Assembly (NCBI GenBank): GCA_017648085.1
Contig: JAGCJI010000069.1
Location: 1-51,962 of the forward strand
Source: Clostridia bacterium
GTDB lineage: Bacteria; Bacillota; Clostridia; Oscillospirales; CAG-272
Length of the DNA stretch: 51,962 nucleotides
Reading direction: 5' to 3'
The translations under genes were made by a program, and so were the position numbers. Positions within the stretch are counted from its first letter, which is position 1. Each line of letters starts with the position of its first letter. Shown here in pieces: positions 9,520 to 17,080 of the stretch. The notes below the pieces were generated by a model. That model was not told where the DNA came from. It saw only the letters and a list, made by a program, of their open reading frames with translations, and searched no databases.

Positions 9520-11484
9520 TTATTCCGAATCTGCGCTTTTAATATCGCACTCCCGGAACTTAAACGCGCAGGTGTCCTTATGACCCGTGCCGAGATAATA
9601 ATCATCCTCGCCGTTACCGTAATAGAATTTCGTGTCGCCGAAGAAGCCACCGTCAGGCGTGAGTGCCGAGGTATCCCATACAACAACGTCAAAGTTGCAG
9701 TTTGCAAATCTTACCTTCTTCGGAGGAGTGATTCTGTTGATGTTTTTTCTGGAATCCGGAATACATACGCCCGCGGTTTCCACCACGTCGTCGTAATGAA
9801 CGTTCGTTCCGTCAACGAATCCGTCGCCATCGTAGTCAACGTCGCAGTAGTAGGGGGGAGAATACAGGGTATTTTCGAGGTGAATTCCGGGCTCGCTGAC
9901 CATCACGGACGTAGTGAGAGGCACTTCATGTCCGGGGTTTATAAGCTCACGGGTGTTCATATCGTAAAGCGTCATACCGTCAACGTCGATATCAGGGAAA
10001 GAAATACGGTATCCGTAGTCCCAGTTCGCATATCCGATTGACATGAATTTTGAGGGAGCATATTCGCGGTATGCGGGGGCGTTCGGAGAGGTTGACTTAT
10101 CTGTATATACGTACGCCTTGAAGTTTTTAAAGGTAATTCTGCCGTTCCATACCGAGCCGTAATCTCCGCGCAAGCCGAATATATTGTTCTGCTTATAATG
10201 GTTTTCGCTGTAAACGGTGGTGTTTTCAATATGCATATCTCCTCCGCCCGTAAGTGCAATAGCCACGAGCGTAGAGTCTATGATCTTACCGTTATAAAGT
10301 CCGTTGTGCGCGTCAAAACGAGAGAGCGTGCAACCGATATATTCCATGTTCTTACAAAGGTTAGAGCCACCGATGCCCCAGAACATTCTCGCCGATTTAC
10401 CCTCGTCGTTACATATGGGTGAAAGCGAAAGAACCGCATCGGGATCGGTGGGATTCGCGTCAACGATAACGCCATCCCTTATAGCGACCCAGAAGTTGTG
10501 CTGGGTACAGTTCTTAAACACGAGCTTGTTGACCTCCCAGCCCGAAAGGTCGTACGTGCCGGTAGCACCTCCGCGACCAACGGGTGACCAGGTCTTGTGG
10601 TAGCATCTTCTTGCCGACATCACGCAATCCTCAAAGGTAACGTAGCTTGCCTGCTTTGCGGAGAAGAAGCCGTGATATGCTGCGCCAACCTCACCCGCCT
10701 TCTGACGTGCGTAGGATATTTCGCCCTCAACGTAATGCTCCACGCCGCGCACGGTGGTATGGGAGCGCTTTACGTAAAGGTTACGCTCGAAGTAGTGTTG
10801 CTTTGCGGCGGTAGCTCTGCCGTTTTCATCAAACACCACACAGTTTATATCGCTTGCGATAGTGGTAAAGCGGCCACCCTCGATAAGCAGGGGCTCGTCG
10901 TCAAAGCGGTAAACCTCGATAAAATCAAGTCCGGGATATTCAAACATAAGCGGAGTTTCCTCGCTGATATTTCCCTCACCGTCAATAACCATAATCTCAC
11001 GCATCGCCGTGCCCTCGTGCTTATTGTAGCCGCGGCGGCGGTATATCTTATGGTTGTTGTTATATGGAACGATAAGCGCGGAGTATCCGAGCTTAAGATC
11101 TATCTTTCTGGTTTCCGGACCGAAGCCCTTTGCGATTATGCCCGAAAGCAATTCGGGATCGGTTACCTTACTTGGCTCGTAATAGGACTGAACACTGAAA
11201 ATACTTACTCCGTAAACCTCACCGTCGGTATGAACCGAAAGCTGCGAGTCATCTATAACGAAGCTTGCACCGCGCCAATCGGTGTTGGTTTTTATAACCG
11301 CGGGGCGTACCGCGCCGTTAACGTGCGTGTCGCTTATGTAATATGTTTTGCCCGCTTCGGCTTTGACGGGGAGATGGTTTTCATTAGCGTAATCGTGCGT
11401 CGCACAGATTGCCGCAAAGTCGTTGGTTTTTCCGTCGCCAACCGCTCCAAACTGCTCGTAGGTTACAAATTTAGTGTTTTTCAT
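9520..11484 (-). CDS. Leaderless beta-helix protein, paralog P5 (the most diverged of the leaderless set)
   Basis: 654-aa ORF starting MKNTKFVTYEQFGAVGDGKTNDF with no signal peptide. A GGAG RBS is present. It keeps FWGIGGSNLCKNMEYIGCTLSRFDAHNGL, GDYGSVWNGRIT, DYDGDGFVDGTN and GGFFGDTKFYYG. Confidence 0.9.
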   Translation of the reverse strand: MKNTKFVTYEQFGAVGDGKTNDFAAICATHDYANENHLPVKAEAGKTYYISDTHVNGAVRPAVIKTNTDWRGASFVIDDSQLSVHTDGEVYGVSIFSVQSYYEPSKVTDPELLSGIIAKGFGPETRKIDLKLGYSALIVPYNNNHKIYRRRGYNKHEGTAMREIMVIDGEGNISEETPLMFEYPGLDFIEVYRFDDEPLLIEGGRFTTIASDINCVVFDENGRATAAKQHYFERNLYVKRSHTTVRGVEHYVEGEISYARQKAGEVGAAYHGFFSAKQASYVTFEDCVMSARRCYHKTWSPVGRGGATGTYDLSGWEVNKLVFKNCTQHNFWVAIRDGVIVDANPTDPDAVLSLSPICNDEGKSARMFWGIGGSNLCKNMEYIGCTLSRFDAHNGLYNGKIIDSTLVAIALTGGGDMHIENTTVYSENHYKQNNIFGLRGDYGSVWNGRITFKNFKAYVYTDKSTSPNAPAYREYAPSKFMSIGYANWDYGYRISFPDIDVDGMTLYDMNTRELINPGHEVPLTTSVMVSEPGIHLENTLYSPPYYCDVDYDGDGFVDGTNVHYDDVVETAGVCIPDSRKNINRITPPKKVRFANCNFDVVVWDTSALTPDGGFFGDTKFYYGNGEDDYYLGTGHKDTCAFKFRECDIKSADSE

Positions 11485-11514
11485 ATGGAGAGCTCCGTCT
11501 TATGTGTTTTTTAC

Positions 11515-11543
11515 AGAATAACATATTTTTAAATATTATTCAA
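11515..11543 (-). promoter_or_regulatory. Candidate promoter for the beta-helix array (upstream of P5)
   Basis: The minus strand reads TTGAAT, a 17-nt spacer, then (TG-T)TATTCT. It lies between the infB terminator and the P5 start. Confidence 0.4.
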
Positions 11544-11563
11544 TACCTTTTGCTCTTTTTAAA

Positions 11564-11600
11564 TAAAAAAATGCACGAGCGCGGATATGCGCTCGTGCAT
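11564..11600 (-). terminator. Rho-independent terminator of the infB operon
   Basis: On the minus strand, ATGCACGAGCGC-ATATCC-GCGCTCGTGCAT forms a 12-bp perfect stem followed by TTTTTTT. It lies ~60 nt after the infB stop. Confidence 0.8.
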
Positions 11601-11661
11601 GAAAAATGGGAACAAGTGCCGAAACAATGAAAATTCAGATACGGAATCCGGCTTTAAGAGA

Positions 11662-14559
11662 TTATCTCTTTACCTCTTCCATGATGAATGCTTCGAGTAT
11701 ATCGCCTTCCTTGATGTCGTTGAACTTGTCAAGACCGATACCGCACTCGTATCCGTCGTTTACCTCGCGCACGTCATCCTTGAAGCGACGGAGAGAGGAG
11801 ATTTTGTCCTCAAATATAACGATACCGTCACGGACAATACGGATTTCGGACTGACGGGTGATCTTACCGTCACGGACGTACGAGCCTGCGATAGTTCCGA
11901 CGTTCGGAACTCTGATGGTCTGACGAACCTCGGCGTGACCGAGCACCACCTCTTTATAGGTGGGAGCAAGCATTCCCTTCATAGCCGCCTCAACCTCATC
12001 GATTATCTCATAAATGATACGGTGAGTACGGATATCTACGCCGTTTCTCTCTGCTGAATCGATAGCGTTCTTGTCGGGGCGTACGCTGAAGCCTACGATG
12101 ATGGCGTTAGACGCCGCTGCAAGCATAACGTCGCTTTCGGTGATACCGCCGACCGCGCTGTGAATAACGGAAACCTTTACCTCGTCGCAGGAAAGCTTGA
12201 TAAGCGATGCCTTAACAGCCTCTGCCGAACCCGCAACGTCAGCCTTAACGATAACGTTGAGAGTCTTAACGCCGTCTGCGATCTGATTAAACAGATCGTC
12301 AAGGTTAACACGCGCGTTTGCGGCAAGGATTTCCTGACGCATCTTTTCGCGGCGCTGCTCGGCAAGGCTTCTTGCCATTCTCTCGTCCTCAACTGCGTTA
12401 AGCTCGTCGCCCGCCTGCGGAACGTCGTCAAGACCTACTATCTCAACGGGAGTGGACGGACCTGCAACCTTGGTTGCTCTGCCCTTGTCGTCTATCATTG
12501 CGCGAACGCGTCCGACCGCGTTTCCAACGATTACGTAGTCACCCTGATGGAGTGTACCGTTCTGAACGAGGACGGTGGCAACGGGGCCTCTGCCTCGGTC
12601 AAGCTTGGATTCTATAACAAGACCTTTTGCACGGCGGTTGGGGTTAGCCTTAAGCTCCTTAACCTCCGCAACGAGAAGAACGTTTTCAAGAAGGTCCTCG
12701 ATGCCCACTCCGGTAAGTGCGGATACGGGAACGCATATAACGTCGCCTCCCCACGCCTCGGGAACAAGCTCGTACTGCGTAAGCTGATTCAAAACGTTAT
12801 CGGGATTAGCCTGTGGCTTATCCATCTTGTTGATTGCTACTATGATGTCAATACCTGCAGCCTTGGCGTGATTGATCGCCTCGATGGTCTGTGGCATAAC
12901 GCCGTCGTCTGCCGCAACGACGAGGATCGCAATATCGGTGGACTTTGCACCGCGCATACGCATTGCGGTAAACGCCTCGTGGCCGGGGGTATCAAGAAAT
13001 GTGATGTCTTTGCCGTTAGATTTGACACGGTATGCACCTATTGCCTGTGTAATACCGCCTGCCTCGCCCTTGGTGACGTTGGTGTGACGGATGGCGTCAA
13101 GGATCGAGGTCTTACCGTGGTCAACGTGTCCCATAACGCAAACTACGGGTGCGCGAAGTGTGAGATCCTCGTCCTTATCCTCCGCCTCGGTGAAGAGCTT
13201 TTCTTCAATCGTGACGACGACCTCCTTGGTGACCTTCGCACCGAAATCGTCAGCAATGAGCTCTGCGGTAGCGTAATCGACGACGTCGTTTACACCCTTC
13301 ATCTCGCCCATAAACATAAGCTTTTTAATGACCTCTGCCGCGCTCTTTTTAAGGCGGGTTGCAAGCTCACCGATGGTAATTTCGTCGGGCACGGTGATCT
13401 CAAGCTGCTTGTTTCTTGCTCTTTCAGCCTCAAGGCGCTTGATCTTCTCCTGCGCCGCGCGCTCCTTGTCCTTCGCACTCTTTGCATTCTGACCGCGGTT
13501 ATCCTGCTTTTTAAGCTTCTGCTTCTGCGCCTTTGAATCAGTACCGTTCGCAATAGCGTAGAACTGCTCGTTGTAACGCTCGTCATACTTTGAGAGGTTG
13601 ACGTCGGAGGTTCTCATATCTACGACACGGGTCTTGGGTGCTTCTGCCTTGTAGTCGGAATTTATGTTTACTCCGCCCTTGACGTTTGACATATCGATAG
13701 TGGGAGTAATTTTCTTGAATTGCTGCTTCTGCGCGCGTTTTTCTTCCTTCTTCGGCTGCTGTGCCTTGGGAGCCGGAGCTGCCGCCGCCTTATTCTGCTT
13801 ATCAAGCTGTGCCTGCTGTGCGGGGCGAAGGGTGTTTACGCCAGTCTTGATCTCGCTCAACGGCTTCTGCACGGGTGCTGCCTTCACCTCGGTTTTTACG
13901 GGTGCTGCACTCGGACGCGCACCGGGTTGACCCATCGGGCGCTTGCTGTCGGCATTGCGATTCATATTTTCACGGCGCTTTGCAAACGGATCGTCCTGCG
14001 GGCGCTCGGAATATTTCTGATAAGTAGAGCGGGGCTGAGATTTCGGAGCGTAATAGGTCGCGCTATTCTGACGCTGCGAGTCGTTAGCCCTCGTCTGCCC
14101 GTCGGGTCTACGGGAATCAAACGGTCTTTGTTGCCTTTCGATGCGTTGCTGCGCCGCAGGCTTTTGCTGCACATTTTCTCTTGCGTTATCATTTTTTTGT
14201 GACACGGGGGTTGCCTTAACCTCTGTCTGAGGCTTGGGTTCAGCTTTTTGTGCGGGTGTACCCTCCGCCTTCGGAGCGGCTTTCGCCTCTCCCTTTGTGT
14301 CTGCATTAGCCACCGGCTTTGCCTCCGCCGTAGGCTTTGAAGCTTTAGGTGCGGATATGGTTATCTCCCCTTTTGTATACGCCTCCAGATTCTTTATCTG
14401 GTGGGATGCGGTGAGATGGCAGAGGAATATCTCAAACTCCTCATCCTCCACTGTCGCGCCGCTTTTCTTGTCATATCCTATCGCCTTAAACGTATCGATT
14501 ACGTCCTTTTGCTTAATATCAAAATCCTTGGATATCTGCGTTATTTTCATTTGAGCCAT
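11662..14559 (-). CDS. infB: Translation initiation factor IF-2
   Basis: 965 aa. G-domain motifs [17 protein letters not shown] and NKMD are present. There is a long low-complexity K/A/P/Q-rich N-terminal region, and the gene sits in the canonical position after nusA-ylxR-ylxQ. Confidence 0.97.
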   Translation of the reverse strand: MAQMKITQISKDFDIKQKDVIDTFKAIGYDKKSGATVEDEEFEIFLCHLTASHQIKNLEAYTKGEITISAPKASKPTAEAKPVANADTKGEAKAAPKAEGTPAQKAEPKPQTEVKATPVSQKNDNARENVQQKPAAQQRIERQQRPFDSRRPDGQTRANDSQRQNSATYYAPKSQPRSTYQKYSERPQDDPFAKRRENMNRNADSKRPMGQPGARPSAAPVKTEVKAAPVQKPLSEIKTGVNTLRPAQQAQLDKQNKAAAAPAPKAQQPKKEEKRAQKQQFKKITPTIDMSNVKGGVNINSDYKAEAPKTRVVDMRTSDVNLSKYDERYNEQFYAIANGTDSKAQKQKLKKQDNRGQNAKSAKDKERAAQEKIKRLEAERARNKQLEITVPDEITIGELATRLKKSAAEVIKKLMFMGEMKGVNDVVDYATAELIADDFGAKVTKEVVVTIEEKLFTEAEDKDEDLTLRAPVVCVMGHVDHGKTSILDAIRHTNVTKGEAGGITQAIGAYRVKSNGKDITFLDTPGHEAFTAMRMRGAKSTDIAILVVAADDGVMPQTIEAINHAKAAGIDIIVAINKMDKPQANPDNVLNQLTQYELVPEAWGGDVICVPVSALTGVGIEDLLENVLLVAEVKELKANPNRRAKGLVIESKLDRGRGPVATVLVQNGTLHQGDYVIVGNAVGRVRAMIDDKGRATKVAGPSTPVEIVGLDDVPQAGDELNAVEDERMARSLAEQRREKMRQEILAANARVNLDDLFNQIADGVKTLNVIVKADVAGSAEAVKASLIKLSCDEVKVSVIHSAVGGITESDVMLAAASNAIIVGFSVRPDKNAIDSAERNGVDIRTHRIIYEIIDEVEAAMKGMLAPTYKEVVLGHAEVRQTIRVPNVGTIAGSYVRDGKITRQSEIRIVRDGIVIFEDKISSLRRFKDDVREVNDGYECGIGLDKFNDIKEGDILEAFIMEEVKR

Positions 14560-14577
14560 ATAATTTACCGGTTTTCG

Positions 14578-14907
14578 TTAAGCACGAAAACTTCCTTTCG
14601 TCATATTTTCGCCTGCCCGCTTTATCTCGTTTGAAAGTCCGCTGTCGGTTACGGCAATTGCCACCGGCGCATAGCTTTTTCCGATCAAAGCACCCAGTCT
14701 TTCCGACTCGGTCGGCACCTCAATTACGGGAACGCTGTAAAACTCGCTTTTAGTAAGCAGTCTTTTTTTAGTTGCCTCGGAGGCATCGGAACAAATCACG
14801 ACGAGCTTGACGCCGCCCTTTGCCATAGCCTTGCATACCGTGTCAAAGCCACAGAGGATTTTACCGGCGCGCATCGCCATACCTATCATTCCGAAAAATC
14901 GCCTCAT
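14578..14907 (-). CDS. ylxQ: L7Ae-family RNA-binding protein YlxQ
   Basis: Small ORF between ylxR and infB. The RAGK..G...V.KA...G..KLV..A.DAS pattern is typical of the L7Ae/YlxQ family. The track start (14922) is a TTG, so the ATG at 14907 is preferred. Confidence 0.8.
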   Translation of the reverse strand: MRRFFGMIGMAMRAGKILCGFDTVCKAMAKGGVKLVVICSDASEATKKRLLTKSEFYSVPVIEVPTESERLGALIGKSYAPVAIAVTDSGLSNEIKRAGENMTKGSFRA

Positions 14908-14911
14908 ATCA

Positions 14912-15199
14912 TTATTTTCCAACGGCGAGCTCCTCTTCCATTCTGCTATATACGGTTTCGGGTATCACACACTCAAGCGCGGATTCAAGCCTTTTTGCCT
15001 TACGCGCTTTTTTAAGACAGCTCACGCTCTTACATACGTATGCGCCTCTGCCGGATTTTTTTCCCGTGGCATCGAGCGAAATTTCCCCCTCCGGACTTCT
15101 TACCACACGGATAAGCTCGGACTTCGTAAAATGCTCGTTACAACCGATACAGCGTCTTATAGGCTGTTTTTTCGCCGCTATATTTGCCGCGCCGCCCAT
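14912..15199 (-). CDS. ylxR: YlxR/RnpM-family (DUF448) RNA-binding protein
   Basis: 95 aa. It carries the RRCIGCNE..K.ELIRVV......I..D..GK..GRGAYVC signature of DUF448, and lies immediately after nusA. Confidence 0.88.
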   Translation of the reverse strand: MGGAANIAAKKQPIRRCIGCNEHFTKSELIRVVRSPEGEISLDATGKKSGRGAYVCKSVSCLKKARKAKRLESALECVIPETVYSRMEEELAVGK

Positions 15200-15203
15200 C
15201 GTC

Positions 15204-16235
15204 TTACGCCTTTATATCTATCTTACAGCCGGTAAGTCTGGCAACAAGCTTTGCGTTCTGTCCCTCTTTACCTATTGCAAGGGAAAGCTGCTCGGGTGCT
15301 ACGGTTACTCTGCAGGAGCGCTCCTCCTCCATCTCAACCGAAATTACCTTTGCGGGCGAAAGGGCCTCTGCAACGTACTCGGGAAGATTATCGCTGTACT
15401 TAATTATATCAACCTTTTCGCGACCGAGCTCGGCGAGGATAGCGGAGATTCTCATTCCGTTCTTACCGATGCAAGAGCCTATCGCGTCAACGTTTTCATC
15501 TCTGGATTCAACCGCTATTTTGGTACGGCTACCTGCTTCACGCGCGACACCCTTGATAATGATAGTTCCGTCTGCGATCTCGGGAATCTCAAGCTCGAAA
15601 AGTCGCTTTACAAAGCTTGGATGTGTTCTCGAAAGGGTTACGAGCGGTCCTCTCATCTCACCGGACTTGACCTCGGAGATAAACACCTTGAGTCTGTCGC
15701 CAACCTCGTGCTGCTCGCCGGGGATCTGCTCCGCCTTAAGAAGCGTTGCGTAGCCCGTGCCGGTATCAAGTATAAGGTTGCCCGTGGTGGTATCCACCTT
15801 ATCCACGATAGCGGTAATTATCTCTTCCTTCTTTTCCTCGTACTCGCGAGTCTGTCTTTCACGCTCTGCATCGCGGATAGCCTGAATGATCATCTGCTTT
15901 CCGGTTGATGCGGAAATACGGCGGAAGGTTTTTGTTTTAAGCTCGTTTTCAACTACACCGCCTAGCTTATTACGACGGCTGAGTGCCTTTGCATCCGAAA
16001 GAGCTATCTGGCACTTGGGGTCTTCAACCTCGCCGTCTGCGACAACGGTGCGCTGCTGATAAACCTTGAGATCCATTTTCACAGGATCGAGATTTACTCG
16101 CACCTGTGTCGTCTGTCCTATCTCTTTTCTGCAGGAGTTGGCGAGTGCAGCCTCAATTTTTGCTATCATATACTCCTTTGATATTCCCTTTTCCTTTTCA
16201 AGAAGGTCAAGAGCTTCGAAAAATTCCTTGTTCAT
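15204..16235 (-). CDS. nusA: Transcription termination/antitermination factor NusA
   Basis: 343-346 aa with an N-terminal domain, S1 and two KH regions (G.RG.RI..I..EL.GEKIDI-type motif: GKNGMRISAILAELGREKVDII). GAGGTG is placed correctly for the second ATG (16235); the track start is 16244. Confidence 0.95.
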   Translation of the reverse strand: MNKEFFEALDLLEKEKGISKEYMIAKIEAALANSCRKEIGQTTQVRVNLDPVKMDLKVYQQRTVVADGEVEDPKCQIALSDAKALSRRNKLGGVVENELKTKTFRRISASTGKQMIIQAIRDAERERQTREYEEKKEEIITAIVDKVDTTTGNLILDTGTGYATLLKAEQIPGEQHEVGDRLKVFISEVKSGEMRGPLVTLSRTHPSFVKRLFELEIPEIADGTIIIKGVAREAGSRTKIAVESRDENVDAIGSCIGKNGMRISAILAELGREKVDIIKYSDNLPEYVAEALSPAKVISVEMEEERSCRVTVAPEQLSLAIGKEGQNAKLVARLTGCKIDIKA

Positions 16236-16275
16236 TTTTGTCATTCACCTCGTAACTTAAAATTACTTTCCTTTC

Positions 16276-16734
16276 TTATTCAAAATAAACTGTTGTGATC
16301 TTTGCCGCTTCGCTTTTTTTAACGGTAAGCCTTTCCTCACCGCTTACAAGAGTTACGTTCTCGCCGTCAAAAGACTCAAGAGTGCCTTTAAGGCTCTTTT
16401 TTCCATCCTTCGCCGAAAACAGCTTTACCTCGACCGGTTCACCGATTGAAAGATGGATATGCTCGTCGGTGCGCAGCTCACGCTCAATTCCCGGGGAGGA
16501 AACCTCAAGGTAATAGAACCCCTCTATCGGGTCGCGCTCGTCGAGTATCGGATCTATCGCACGGTGTACGCGCTCGCAATCCTCAATGTTGATTCCGCCA
16601 TCGGAATCAATGGTGATCTCAAGGTGGAAATCCGCACCTATTTTCATATAAGTAACGTCCCAAATGCGATAACCAAGCTCGACCACGGTAGGCTCAATAG
16701 CCTCTCTTACGATTTCTTTAATGCTTTTTTTCAT
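16276..16734 (-). CDS. rimP: Ribosome maturation factor RimP
   Basis: Canonical first gene of the nusA-infB operon, with typical YLEVSSPGIERELR and L..F.G..V.L motifs. The upstream in-frame extension (to 16773) overlaps a leader hairpin, so the ATG at 16734 (MKKSIKEIV) is preferred. Confidence 0.9.
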   Translation of the reverse strand: MKKSIKEIVREAIEPTVVELGYRIWDVTYMKIGADFHLEITIDSDGGINIEDCERVHRAIDPILDERDPIEGFYYLEVSSPGIERELRTDEHIHLSIGEPVEVKLFSAKDGKKSLKGTLESFDGENVTLVSGEERLTVKKSEAAKITTVYFE

Positions 16735-16771
16735 AACAACAAAATGAAGAGTGACCCGCGAGCCACTCTTC
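16735..16771 (-). terminator. Leader hairpin plus U-tract directly upstream of rimP (candidate attenuator)
   Basis: The minus strand reads GAAGAGTG-gctcgcgggt-CACTCTTC followed by ATTTTGTTGTT and then the rimP ATG. It lies between the promoter (16796..16823) and the start codon. Confidence 0.5.
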
Positions 16772-16795
16772 ACCTTTCCATATTAGTACGTTAAC

Positions 16796-16823
16796 ATTAT
16801 AGCATATTTTTCAAAAAAATCAA
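16796..16823 (-). promoter_or_regulatory. Sigma-70 promoter of the rimP-nusA-infB operon
   Basis: The minus strand reads TTGATT, a 16-nt spacer, then TG-C-TATAAT (extended -10). Confidence 0.6.
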
Positions 16824-16859
16824 TACCTTTTAAAAAATATTTTAAAAAACGGCAAAAAA

Positions 16860-17078
16860 TCAGTCCTGCCCCATAAACTCCCAGTCGTTAGGAGCACCAA
16901 ACAAGCGTCGTTTTTCCTTCAGCGCGCGGTTTCCGCTTTCCCTGGCATAGCTTTTAAGGATATTCTCGATTTCCGCGTTGACCTTCTTTCTTTCGCGTTC
17001 AAGCCGTTTTATCGCCTCGTGTCTGTCCTTGGTGCCCATCGAATCGATGCGCGCCTTATCACGTCTTCCCCAAAGCAT
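16860..17078 (-). CDS. Small charged hypothetical protein (72 aa), closely juxtaposed to the preceding gene (possibly translationally coupled)
   Basis: The ATG lies 2 nt after the stop of the 955-aa ORF. A GGGAGG RBS is embedded in the end of that ORF. No family was recognised. Confidence 0.6.
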   Translation of the reverse strand: MLWGRRDKARIDSMGTKDRHEAIKRLERERKKVNAEIENILKSYARESGNRALKEKRRLFGAPNDWEFMGQD

Positions 17079-17080
17079 AG

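Noticed and set aside
359-11484. Considered the beta-helix array as a silent-cassette antigenic-variation system (vls/pilS-like) feeding the expressed lipoprotein gene.
   Set aside because: Each copy is a complete ORF with its own RBS, ATG, stop and often a promoter. Nucleotide identity between copies is only moderate, with short identical islands. No flanking recombination repeats or recombinase were seen.
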